Positions 13,126 to 25,957 of a DNA stretch of 64,000 nt are shown here, one piece after another. The translations under genes and the position numbers were made by a program. The DNA is from Malacoraja senta (lineage: Eukaryota). The notes beneath the pieces were generated by a model. The model saw only the letters and a program-made list of their open reading frames with translations. It was not told the origin of the DNA and ran no database searches. Location: assembly GCA_038087875.1 (NCBI GenBank), contig CM075993.1, forward strand, positions 4,774,001 through 4,838,000. The letters are read 5' to 3'. Each line of letters opens with the position of its first letter. Within the stretch, counting starts at the first letter, position 1.

Positions 13126-15469
13126 AATCAATCAAAATGTATCACACTAGTTTAGTAGGACAAATTTCTCATGAGTAGAACGAATTTCTACTTGCATTCC
13201 CCAAGAACATTTTTTCTTGTTTCTTCCCTCGCTTTTGTTTATACTTGCATTTGTTTCTATTTTCAAGTCTTAACTTCAAATGTAGGTTATTGCATCTTTT
13301 CCACCCTCAATGGCAATTCCCTGTTTCTGCTTATTGTTTTAGGTTGCGCTTCCTGAAAAAAGGATAATTTTACAGGGAAAAAAGTTGCACATTCCAATTG
13401 AGGCCATGGTATCCACTTGCAAATAACACCATCCACACAGATTGAAGAACTGCGAGAGGTAATCAGGCTCACTCCTTCAATGTAATAAGTTTTCATCGAG
13501 CTCACTTAATGCTTATCACAACCACCAAAACCTGCACTCCAAACCGCAATGATGCTCCACTCCCATTTGTCGCAACCAATACTTCATCTCACACAACCCA
13601 AACTTAGAGAAACCGAAATTACTAATTGTCCAATTGAACTGGTCAAGTTAACAAACCTTTTCTACTTTGGTGGTTACGTTTCCTTCCCACACAAAAAAAC
13701 ATGATCTGCTGAAACATTTACCTCAAGAGCTTTTAAATTTTTATGTAGCTTATCCAACTGCTTATTAGGATGTTTACGTACGATCTGCCACACAACTGTA
13801 GAACATGTATTCCTTTTGGAAGGAAATACATTTAAACAAAGTTAAATGATCCTCGGACTGAAAGCAAGCATATTTACGTTTTGAGGAAGAATGGCCATAT
13901 AATTGTAATATTAGAAACAGAAATAGATTGATGCCTGTGGAATCAAACTTGAGCACGTTATCAGAGACAAATTAAGAAAATTAGCACAAAATATAATATG
14001 AAAAGCCTGATAACATGAAAGATGCTCTGCAGACAGTATAATTCTGATTCTACATTTTTAATCTTAGAGTGTTTTGTTTCACACAAAACAATCGATAAGT
14101 ATTGATTTTTAACTAAAACACAGCATCTCGATTTAATAAGAAATTTCCAGATTTAACAATTTTACATTGAGAGAGAGCATGAGAAACAGAGACCCAAATG
14201 ACCCTGTCAAATTAAACTGGCTTAATATAAATTGCTTTACAGAGCAGAGGAAATTTATGAGACGGTATAGATTTCCGTGTTTCATTATATTTTTCACATC
14301 CAATCAATTATGAAAATATTGAGTTATGGGTCATGTAACAGAATTATGTCTGTTTTTAGAGCAGAATTACATGTTTAAATGTTTAATGCTGTTTATCTGT
14401 GACCAATGCAATATAAGTTGGTTAATATTAGAATACTGTCAACATCAAACCCAGCCCATGCAGGATAGCATAGTTCACTAAGATATTGCTATTATGCCCA
14501 AGTTGAATCTGCATATCCAATGTTAATTCAGCATGTTAAATCTATCTCACATGGACACAAGAAGGATTCTATAAATTTATCTCAGATGAACTCACTGGGA
14601 GACCTGAAGTGTGGCATATTGGATTCAATATATGGTTGAAATGCAGACCATAAAATAGTTGAAGGCATTTTAACTGGAAAATGGCCTGCAGACTGCAGTA
14701 CTAAACATTTTTACAATGGGATATTAGATCAAAACAAAAGTTTGTACGGTATTGGGCAGTTCCTCTGTTCTTGTATGCATTAAGTTTTCATCAGTTTGAT
14801 GAAAATATCACCCTGGATGCCTAGCAACAAGATCCACTGTTATTTTACATGGGGCTAGCAAAAAAAACGAAGCAGCATGCTCTACCTACACATAATCATT
14901 CACGGGCAATTATTCACAAAATATCCTTCAACAAATAATTAAAACCAGACAAAGTGAGATCCAGATTTAAAATTTACAATTGCTTGGTCTCATTAATAGT
15001 TACACTATCACTGCTTGAAGTAAACGTTCATCAATATGCTTCCACAGCAAATGAATAGAAAGCAAGAGCACCCTCCAGTGCCCACATGAAACAATAGCAG
15101 GCACCACACAGGATTCAGGTAACCACATTTATTTCAAATGCTTAAAGGAGAAACGCATATCAAACATTTGATTTCAAATTCTCAAATAAAAATAACGTTT
15201 AATAAAAGCACAGATCGTTATACTAATTGTTAATAATATAAAGCAACTAACATGAAGAAACTTCTCAGACTATGAATAGTCCCCTCACTCCTATCACCAA
15301 TTAAAATAAAAATCTATCCTTTGCCCAACTATGGCCAAATGTACCAGTCAAGTAAGAATCTGATTCAGCCTGGGCATAGCGACCCTTTCAATTAGTGCCC
15401 TCTCAAGCACTGCGTTTAACTAAAAATAGCTTTGAAATATAAAATGAAGTAACGTTAAATTGCAATAGG

Positions 15470-15780
15470 AAAGATACAAAACGCTGGAGTAACTCAGCGG
15501 GTCCGGCATCATCTCTGGAAAACATGGAAGTGACATTTCAGGTTGGGAACCTTCTTCCGACAGTCTGAAAATGGGTCCCCGACCTAAAATTGTACCTATC
15601 CATGTTCTACAGGTAGAAGCACATGGGGTAGCTCAGCGGGACAGGCAGCATCTCTGGAGAGAAGGAATGGGTGACGTTTTGGGTCAAGACCCTTCTGGGA
15701 TGCTGCCTGACTCACTGAGTTGCTCCAGCATTTTGTGTCTTTCCTTGGTAAATCAGCATCTGCAGTTCCCCGTTTCCACT
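15470..15780. mobile_element. Nested Penelope pseudo-LTR fragments
   Basis: Two subfamily variants in both orientations. Confidence 0.75.
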
Positions 15781-17847
15781 TCTTCAATTGCAATATTTCA
15801 TTTGTTGTTTTCCATCTTTTCCAACACATACTCAAGCAAAGGTCTAACTGAGATGTTCAGGCATTATTGCATATTCCAGGACAACATTTACATTGTTCCT
15901 CTGGACTGATCTTCAACTAATTTAGTCAAAGGTGACAAAATTAAATTTTAGATTGTGTGAGTGAAGCAGGATCGTGAGATCCCACATCGCATTCTATTAT
16001 TGCCATATCTTCATTTGCAAATTGTGAAAACGATTAGGTATTAATAAAGGGAACCTTTTGAATTTGAAAAACATGGAGTGGGATATTATTATCTGGGAGC
16101 CTCCCTCACTTAGTTTTAACCTGCAGCTGGGTCCAAATCATTTATACAAAGGCATATAGAAATTGCAATACATAGTTTCCATTAACCAGAGGACAAATTG
16201 CTTCATGCAAGAGTTAGTCTAAGACTATTAATTCAATTACCCACTCCAACCAAAACCAAAAGAAATAGCTCCCACTGGTATTCCAATAGAAGTACACGGT
16301 TCTGAAGAAAAGCAAAGCTGGTAGAAAACATTCCAGAAACTTAAAAAAGTCAGAGGGTTTGTATACAAGGTAAGCCTTGGACTGTATCTCCGCTTTACCC
16401 ATTCCAATGTATTCTAGGCCAAGAATACACAGCACCACAGCATAAGCAAGATGGCTTCCTGAATGAGTCTCATCAGTGTGTCATTCTATAAAAAGGCAAT
16501 TGCAAAATAGAATAGACACTTTAAAAGTTAAAATATCCCCCCCCCCCCCATGGAGAAACTGAATACGGTTAAAATGCGTACAAATTAATGTACAAATTAA
16601 TGATTTAGCTAAAGATGGAGAAACATGTGGACTTCTAAATGGTTTGTGTAGCAGTGTTCTCACCTCCAGCGGTCATGGGTTCACAAAAATGTGGGCCAAC
16701 ACTTCAACACAACACCACGGGTGTTCTATCTTTTGGAAGGGAAGTTAAACAAGGACCTCTTCTACCTTCACTGATGGGTATATTAAAAAAATTACCAAAG
16801 AGCACATTTTTGAGACATGAACATCCGAAGGAATCAACTTAGTCAGTGGGAAAATTTGCAAACTCCACACAAACAGACCAGAGATCAGGATTGAATGTTG
16901 AGGCAGCAGCTCTATTAGCTACGCCATTGTGCCCCTTAAAAGATTTTTAGAACTTGAAATTTTCAAGAATAATTGTCTTTAGAGGTAAATTATATAACTT
17001 CATTTAAAAAAAGAAAGTAGATAAAACAGAAGCCTTGATATAACTGTGCAACTCAGTGAGAAGAGTTCTCAAAGTAACAAAAGCACAGGTGGTCAGAACA
17101 AATCCTGGATGTGTATGCAATGCTACTATATTACTCATTTAGAATCATACCATCACACACCATAGAAACAGGCCCTTCAGCCCAACACATCCATGCTGAC
17201 CAATATGCTTTTAGTTGGTGCATTTGTCCAAGATTGAAAAAAAAAAACCCCACAAGTTTGCTAAACAATCACTACGACAAAAACCATCCCAAACTAAATC
17301 AAAAAGTAAAAGTAAAATATTTGACCCCTAGTTCATGTCACAACACATCAGCAACAAAAACACAGATGATCATTCCAATTGAAGATTTAATCTTGTCTGC
17401 TGAAAAGAAACGTGAATGAGAATCCTCAAGTATTGGATTAAGAAACAGTTGGTTAAATACAGCACTATATATTCAGTCCTTACTTCAAACATCATAATTT
17501 CAATGTCTACACTAAGGTAAATTCCTTGTATGTACACATACTTGGCTAATAAAAATGTATTCAATTACAATGAAAGCTACTGACATAAATTGGTCTCAAT
17601 AATTATTCCCTCTGCCATTCCTCAGCAATGCGACCACCAGGCCTCTAATTGAGCGTGACAGACTTACATAAGCAGATAGCACTGGGAAAAAACTGCTTCG
17701 GCCAACATTGTCTGTGTCGAAGATTCTGGCTAAAATTTCTGACAACATGCATTATAAGAAAACTTGTCAACATAAAGTGTGCATGAACTTCAAAGCTATA
17801 ATGGACAATTTATCTTAAAGACAGCACTCATTAATTCCCATAAGTAC

Positions 17848-17936
17848 CTGCTTTAAGATCCTCTGTGAACTCTGAGCAGCTCGCTGTGACTTCACTGCAT
17901 CCCGTGTTTTTCCACTGATGTGTGTCTTGGATTTCG
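17848..17936 (-). CDS. SCAPER: SCAPER internal exon (AKSKTHISGKTRDAVKSQRAAQSSQRILKQ)
   Basis: ttccag acceptor and CAG|gtactt donor, 89 nt. Phase 1 to 0 bridges the flanking exons exactly. Basic segment ending in KQ, like the mammalian counterpart. Confidence 0.85.
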
Positions 17937-20900
17937 CTGGAACAATTTCATTAAAAAGTTATTGAAAAAAATGTTAATTTCTTGGAAAATATTATATTGA
18001 AACAAGAGTTTTCCTTCTTGAACTACGATGGAAAGATAAGATGGTTGATGCACACAAGTTTAAAGTAATATGTGTTACTGTAAAAATACTTGAACATTTC
18101 CTCAGATGTTTGTTCCTCAATCAACCAATTCGTTCCAAAATTCTATGTTGTTTTTACAAAACTGTCAGAATGACAGGTTGCCATTTATATTTCGGCCATA
18201 TTAGAATGCTTTAGAGGTAATGGATTGCACCGTGGCACTTTGCAGAAGGCAAAAGGGGGCTTGATTTGAAATTTGCCAGGCCAGATACAGCACAATTGGG
18301 AATGCTACATTGTCTTGTCATGAAACAGCAAATCAAGGCCCCATCTGCCCATAAGATATTCATGACAACCTGATATTTTGATCACCTTCCTTTTTCTTAA
18401 CCATTACCACCCAATGGTCAAAACAAATTAACTGGTTATTCATCCCAATGCATTGGAGTGAGCAGTGATCAATCATTTATTGATTTGCCTACATAAAAAA
18501 GTGATTCTTCTTCAAAGAAATCAAAGACGAATAACTTGACGGAAATGAGCAAACAGGTTACAGACCAGTGAAAACATGGTTGAAAACTGTTTTGTTGAAT
18601 CAGAAAAATAAAAAAAAATGGGGTACCACATATATTTGTAGTTCATGAAAGAGTAATATACAATTACATTTTAGCGGCTAGTTTTCTCTGCATACGACTG
18701 AGGAAGCCAACTTACTGAAATCTCCGATCAAGAGCAAAAATAAATCCTGAGGCAAAATAAACTGTTCAACAAATGAATACACACTTTAAAACAAATACCA
18801 CAAACTGAATAAATGATTAGCAATACCAATGTGCATATACCTGCCATTGGCATTGCTAAAGTATCCAAAGAAATAGAGTAATGAAAACCTCAGCAGAGAA
18901 ATCCACTCAGGATGCTCACCTTAAATAAGCAAATTTTTCCCATATTTGAATAGCAAGTTAAACACAAGTTAAAACGTATTGTTACTTTTGTCACAATATC
19001 CCCTCAGTTTAATGAGGAAACTACATATTAAAAAACTTCTCCAAAGGGTTGAAACCTCAGAATTAAATAACCTTTTTTTTGCTGTCAACCCAGTTTATCT
19101 ATTGCAGCGCTTGATGCTTTATCTACTCCTATCATGCCTTGTTATCCCATACCCACATTAGGATTGAGACTTGCCAAATAAACATAACAGATGTGACAAA
19201 TAAAATTTGATGTGCAGCCATTATCTACAAAATAAGTTAGCGAGGCAGCCTGTCATTATGAGCCATTTTAAACCAGTAATTGTGCTGAATTTACAAACGA
19301 CAAGCCCCAGCTCGCTTTTATTGATGCTCTTGTGGTACTAAAAACATTGATCCCTTCAAGCAGTATCCCATCACGTCCATTGATTTTCTACTGTTTGACC
19401 ATGTAACCTGACCGCTGACAGCCCATTCGAAGGATCCACTTTCGCAATAATCAATACCATGCCCTCGATCCAACTGGGGAAATTTTCGCAGTCTTTGCCG
19501 CTTTATCTCTGGATGCAGATGCCAAATGTCCAAGATGTAATAGAAAGTGGAAAATACCCAGCATGACTCAACATTACCTTGCAATACTATACATTCAACC
19601 ACAATACATAAATGCATACATAAGTTTCTAAAAAGGCTCATAAAAACGGCAGTCCAACAGCATCTTTTTGATAAATCATATGCTAGATTTTTGCTGTATG
19701 TTTTCCACGTTATTTCTTAAGAAAATTATCTTTAAATGCTCTTTTAGGAATCAAAAAAGTTTCTAGAACTATGGTCATATTTGTTGCAGAATCACAACCA
19801 CCAGCATAATATTCTAAAATCAAGTCACAGTGTGAAGTAATTAAAAATGTAGGGAAATATCTTGCATTTTAGACTTTCGATCGCAGTTGATGCAATGTTT
19901 GAATTTGCTATCTTCGCACTAAAAGAAATCAGACTTCGATTTGCTTTATACCTTCTACTTTTGTTTCATTGAAATGCCATTTGCTATGTGCCGAGAACTC
20001 TAGTGTAGCTTCAATGTGTGGCTGACATGATGGTACTGTGCGCTGAAAAGATGGTTCTGTAACAATTATCATCAAATTGTAAGCTCCTATCCTCATGAAC
20101 TATCCTGGAGTAGCAAAGGTTTCAATACAGTGAAATAAGAAGAGAAATCTGCTGGATCACTAGTACATGGATTTGTATAGGTTGACTCCAGCAAAAATTG
20201 AAGAGTAAAATGAATCTTATAGCCCTAAGCACAAAGTTGGACTAATTGCAGTATTGGAAAAGATGCAATAAACAAACAAATTATAATAGAGATAAAGAAA
20301 ATTGTTAGTGAAAAAATGCAATGATGCTTTTCCTACAATGAAAAGAAACGCACTGGCACATTAGAGGGAGCTTGATTCTGCTTCTACCCGTGTCTGGGAA
20401 TGAGTAATAATACCTAGTTTCTGAAATTGTGTGATTTTTTTCCAAAGACAAAGTCATCTTCATAATGACAGTTAAGGGAAATGGGCAATAAAGTTATTAC
20501 AGAACCAACAATGACAGGCCTGTAAACAAAATCTATATATTCTTATTAAAATACGTTTAAACAATTTCAAGCAATCAGGCTTCCTCCTGTGCATACATTT
20601 CTACGGTTCATTGTACTGGCTGGGGCGTCAGGAAGAAAATTATTGAAGCTAAACCATAAAACAAAATTGCAGACCTTGCACTACAGCAAATGCTGTGACC
20701 TGCGTGCAATTTAGGTTTAAACAAACCAAAGTGAAAATAAAATTAAGTGGCACGGTTTAATTTGTCGCAAATGTTCTATCAATACCAACCACATACGTTA
20801 GTTTTAGTATCTCTTGACTACCATCTACTGATAAAGTTTAGTATTACACAGTGCTCCCTCAACATATGAAACAGAAATTAAAGATGATTGATCCCTCGTA

Positions 20901-21756
20901 TTTGGTCCTCCATGGCTGCCGCTGATTTTTTACATTGGCACCAATGTACATTCCTGCACAAATCTTATGTCCAAAGGTTCCCTAGGCGTCTAGAAATTTA
21001 TAATTCTCAGCCACGAATATACTCAGTGCCTATTCCCGCACTCTTGAGATTAGAAGAATGAGATTATCTCATTGAAATATAAAATTCGCACAGCAATTGG
21101 CAGGATAGACAGAGAGATGGCATATCCTTTAGCTGGGGAATGTAGAACTAGAAGACAAAGTATCAAATTAAGTCGCTGTCATTCAACGCTGGGATAAAGA
21201 GATTTTTTTTGCAACCACAAATGCCTAATCATTGGAGTTCTCTGGGTCAATAGGGCCGTGATGGCTCAGTCATTGAGTATATTCACAATTAAGATTGGTA
21301 AATCTTTTAGATATTAAGTAAATCAACAGATATGGGGTTAATGCTGTAAAGTGGAACAGAGATTAAACAGCAGTCGTGATCTTGTTAAATGGCAAAGCAG
21401 TTATCAGAGCCAAATGCAGACTATCACTTCCAAGTTCTTCTGTCACTGAATGCCAACATCCTAGTGTGGTTGCCTATGCCAGATGCTCTCTCATCTAAAA
21501 CCAACAGTGACAGACTAGCAAATGGCTGGCTTTCCAGGTTTAGAATACAATTAGAAAATTGAGTACTTAAGTTGTCTGTCAGGTATTGAAGGCCGTCCAC
21601 AGCATCCGGCTTTCTCCCCAAATGTCGAGTCTTCCACTTTTGTAGCCCAATTCACAATTTCAAGACAGCCCAACTAAACATTACAGGCAAAGAATTTATG
21701 TTTGAACTGCAATCATCGTTGTAACATAAACAGAAAATAAATAATTTAGAACTTAC

Positions 21757-21874
21757 CATCATCATCTTTACTTTCCAAGGGAACACTCCACGCAATCAGG
21801 TTTCTAGCTGCCCGTCCTTCTTGTGCCACTATTTTTCGGACTTTGTCGTGGCTATTGGATCGCTGGAACGAAGC
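21757..21874 (-). CDS. SCAPER: SCAPER internal exon (ASFQRSNSHDKVRKIVAQEGRAARNLIAWSVPLESKDDD)
   Basis: ttttag acceptor and G|gtaagt donor, 118 nt. The translation is nearly identical to the vertebrate SCAPER N-terminus. Not in the ORF track. Confidence 0.96.
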
Positions 21875-22361
21875 CTAAAAGAATTAAAAAAAATCTAACA
21901 TGAACCAATGCTACATGACTAAAAATACATTACTTCCATTCCTCAAATGCTTACTCACTATCCATTCAGTGTTCAATATTCTCTGCCATAATGCCTTTGA
22001 TCCATTATTAAAGCGGCAGACACAACCTCCACGGCCCTACACTCAACCTTGGAACACAGGATAACAAGGCCACCTCTGTCAGTCAGACTCCTATTTATTG
22101 ACTATAGCTCCACCTTCAATATCATAATTGCAGCAAAGCTCATCTCCAAATACCTGGACCGAGGACTCAGCACCTCTCTCTGCAAATGGATCCTTGACTT
22201 CCTGACCCATTAACCGCAATCAATAAGGACAGGTGACAAAACATCCTCCACGAAAATTCTCAACAGCAGTGCCCAGCAAGGATGCGTTCTCAGTCCCTTA
22301 CTACACTATAAAATTTGTACAACACTTGATAGAATAGATAGAGAGATGGCATTTCTCCTGG

Positions 22362-22455
22362 GTCTGAAGAAGGGTCTCGACCCGAAACGTCACCTTTTCC
22401 TTCGCTCCATAGATGCTGCCTCACCCGCTGAGTTTCTCCAGCATTTTTATCTACC
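22362..22455 (+). mobile_element. Penelope pseudo-LTR element with 10-bp TSD
   Basis: TTTCTCCTGG at 22352-22361 and 22456-22465; intact CTGAAGA-GGGTCTCGACCC-GAAACGTC. Confidence 0.8.
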
Positions 22456-22791
22456 TTTCTCCTGGCTAAGGCATCTAGAACCTGAAGACGAAGTATCAAA
22501 ATAAGTAGCTGTCCTTTCATGGATGAGATAGGAAGTTTTTTTGCAACAACCAAAGACCAAATCATTAGAGTTCTCTGGTTAATAGGGATGTGCGGCCAAA
22601 TTCTGCTCTAATTCCGTTCACAAGTATGCAGATGACATTAACATATAGGGCCAAATTTCAAACAATACAAGACGGACTAAAGGAAGGAAATAGAGAACCT
22701 AGAAAGAGAGAAAGTCAAGAGTGTTTTATTGTTATATGTCCCAAAACAGAATTAAATTCTTACTTGCGTGATGTCAAAACAACCTTGCCAT

Positions 22792-23121
22792 TGTGGAGGC
22801 ACAAACGTCGTGAATAAATGGTTTCTTTATTCAGGCATTGTAGTTTAGATATACATGCACGTTTAGCACTCTAACATAATAGTCATTGTTGTTGCTGAGA
22901 GGCTGTTGCCTCATGGGCTCGAGCTGTGCTCCTGCTGAGGTTGCAGGACACTCTCAGGAAGAGAAAGAGCGAGAGAGAGAGAGAGAGAGGGTTGTCTCGG
23001 GGTTCGCTATATATACCAGGACACACCCCTATACCCCGTGACAACTCCCCCCTGCCATTGCCCAGTCGCGTGACCCTGCCCCCGACTGCTGAAGGTTCGT
23101 GTAGCTAGTGGCACAACCACA
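22792..23121 (-). mobile_element. Solo LTR (330 bp)
   Basis: TGTGG…CCACA termini, imperfect 4-bp TSD CCAT/CCTT. TATATATA then AATAAA in order on the minus strand. Splits a LINE RT motif. Confidence 0.75.
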
Positions 23122-23930
23122 CCTTTAATGTCAACAAAACAAAGGGCCAGGTCATCAACTTCATGAAGCAGGATGAAGTACACATCTCAGTTTGAATCTG
23201 TGATGCTGAAGTGGAGATGGTCGAGAGCTTCAAATTCCAAGGTGTAATTACCACCAATAATTTGGCCTGGTCCAACCACTTTGATGCCATGGCTAATAAA
23301 TCACAAATACCTCTGGAAGGCTAAGGAAATTCAGCACGTCTCCAATGACTCCTACCAATTTTCTACAGATGCACTATAGAAAGCAACCTATCTGGATGCA
23401 TCGCACCTTGGTATGGCGATTGCTCAGTTCAAGACTGCAAGAAATTTCAGGGAGTTGTGAACACAGCCCAGTCCATCATACAAACCATCTAACCTCCTCC
23501 CCAACGACTCGATCCCTTCACTCTATCTTGGGAATGGCTCCAACGTAATCAAGCACCACTCACAACCCAGTTATTCTGTCTTCTCCTCTCTCCTGTCGGG
23601 CAAAATATCTAAAAGTTTGAAAACACATACTACCAGATTCAAGAACAGCTTCTCCCTCGCCATTATCAGACTCTTGACTCTCGTATGCTAAGGATAATTT
23701 CCCAACTTTCCAATCTACTTTGTTGCAGCCTTTGCACTATTTTTATTCTCTACACTTTCTCTGTAGCTGTAGCTCTATATTATGCACTGTGTATTCTCTT
23801 TTGCACAACTTGATGTATGCAAGTATGGTACGATTGCTTGGATAGCTAACAAAACTGTACCTTGTTAACCGTAGTGATAATAAACCAAAACATGAGGTGC
23901 TTAGCACATTACTTGGTATCTAGGTCTTTT

Positions 23931-25005
23931 CATATCATATAACCATATAACCATATAACCATAACAGCACGGAAACAGGCCATCTCGGCCCTTCAAGTCC
24001 GTGCCGAACATTTTTTTTAATTTGTTTTTTTTAAATTAAAAATAAATACTTCCTCCTAGTCCCATCTACCTGCACTCAGACCATAACCCTCCATTCCTTT
24101 CCCGTCCATATACCCATCCAATCTATTTTTAAAGGATAACATCGAACCTGCCTCCACCACTTCCACTGGAAGCTCATTCCACACAGCTACCACTCTCTGA
24201 GTAAAGAAGTTCCCCCTAATGTTCCCCCTAAACTTCTGTCCCTTAATTCTCAAGTCATGTCCCCTTGTTTGAATCTTCCCTACTCTCAATGGGAAAAGCT
24301 TATCCACGTCCACTCTGTCTAACCCGCTCATAATTTTAAAGACCTCTATCAAGTCCCCTCTTAACCTTCTGCGCTCCAAAGAATAAAGACCTAACTTGTT
24401 CAACCTTTCTCTGTAACTTAGTTGCTGAAACCCAGGCAACATTCTAGTAAATCTCCTCTGTACTCTCTCTATTTTGTTGACATCCTTCCTATAATTAGGC
24501 GACCAAAATTGTACTCCATACTCCAGAATTGGCCTCACCAATGCCTTGTACAATTTTAACATTACATCCCAAGTTCTATATTCAATGCTCTGATTTATAA
24601 AGGCCAGCACACCAAAAGCTTTCTTTACCACCCTATCTACATGAGATTCCACCTTCAGGGAACTATGCAGTTATTCCTAGATCCCTCTGTTCAACTGCAT
24701 TCCTCAATTCGCTACCATTTACCGTGTACATCCTATTTTGATTTGTCCTGCCGAGATGTAGCACCTCACATTTGTCAGCATTAAACTCCATCTGCCATCT
24801 TTCAGCCCACTCTTCCAAATGGCCTAAATCTCTCTGTAGACTTTGAAAATCTACTTCATTATCCACAACACCACCTATCTTAGTATCATCTGCATACTTA
24901 CTAATCCAATTTTCCACACCTTCATCCAGATCATTGATGTACATGACAAACAACAGTGGACCCAACACAGACCCCAGAGGCACCCCACTCGTCACCGGCC
25001 TCCAT
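23931..25005 (-). mobile_element. Young 5'-truncated CR1 LINE (RT C-terminus and 3' UTR)
   Basis: ORFs 24663-24995 (SGVPLGSVLGPLLF, YADD) and 24056-24652, separated by a frame break. Tandem tail (catataac)n on the + strand. Confidence 0.92.
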
Positions 25006-25957
25006 TAACACTCCATATCGCCCAAATCAGGTGAGAACAGATCCCAAATAATTTCTCTCCTGCTAAAGCAGTTGTACCTCATGTGATAGCTCAAAGATGG
25101 CAATGGAAAAATGATCGACATTATGGATGTCATATCCACGTCTGATCCTGTTCTTACCTGCAATTTGGAAAATAGTAGACTGTACAGGAAAAGAATGAAA
25201 ACGGAACCAAAATGACCTTACATATGATAATTCTAGTGTGTTTAAGAAGAGAGACACCAACTAAGATAGAAGCAAAACACAGAAAATGCTAGAAATCCAC
25301 AATGAAAATAAAGTGATAGATATATTCATCAGGTCAAACAGGTGACATGAGGAGAGAGAAGTTGCCATTGCTTTTCTCCTTACTGCTGGTGCCTGACAAG
25401 GTTGTCGAGGATCAATTAACACATTCAAAATTGGATATGTGCAGAAAAATCAAACCATACTTGGGCAATGAATTACTCTGTCAAGATATCGCCAGAGCTT
25501 TTATATTGGAGGTGATTTTTTTTTAATGAAAGGAGAGAGCAACAGAGTGGAAAGGAAACGAGTGGGGAAAGTCTGACCATGAAGCAACAGAATGTAATGG
25601 ACACCCAAGATAAGCCTCTTGTAAAGACCTCCTGCTGGAGTAACATTAGGCAGCAGGTGCATTACGCAGTTTTTCCTCTCTGCGGATCCAAAATTAACAC
25701 TCCCAAATTCTCCTGCCATCCCCCTACACCAGTGGTAATTTTCACGAGCCAGTTAATCTACCAATCATTATACATTTAGGATGTGCAAAGAAACTAAAGG
25801 TAGTTTCTGTGAGAAGGTAAACCCACAGGGTGACAGGTAGAACATGACACAGGGAGAAAGATTAGTGCACTGGGTGGCAGGAGAGTTAATGGGACATGAG
25901 AGATTAGGTCACAGGGAAACAAAGTGGAGGCAGTGGATTGATCTGAGAGCCAGCAAA

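Larger units (their letters stand above)
22018..23890 (+). mobile_element. Decayed Rex1/Babar-like LINE (RT and 3' end), interrupted by younger insertions
   Basis: Remnant motifs RLLFIDYSSTF, CKWILDFLT, QGCVLSPLL, KYADD and NVNKTK. Confidence 0.75.
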
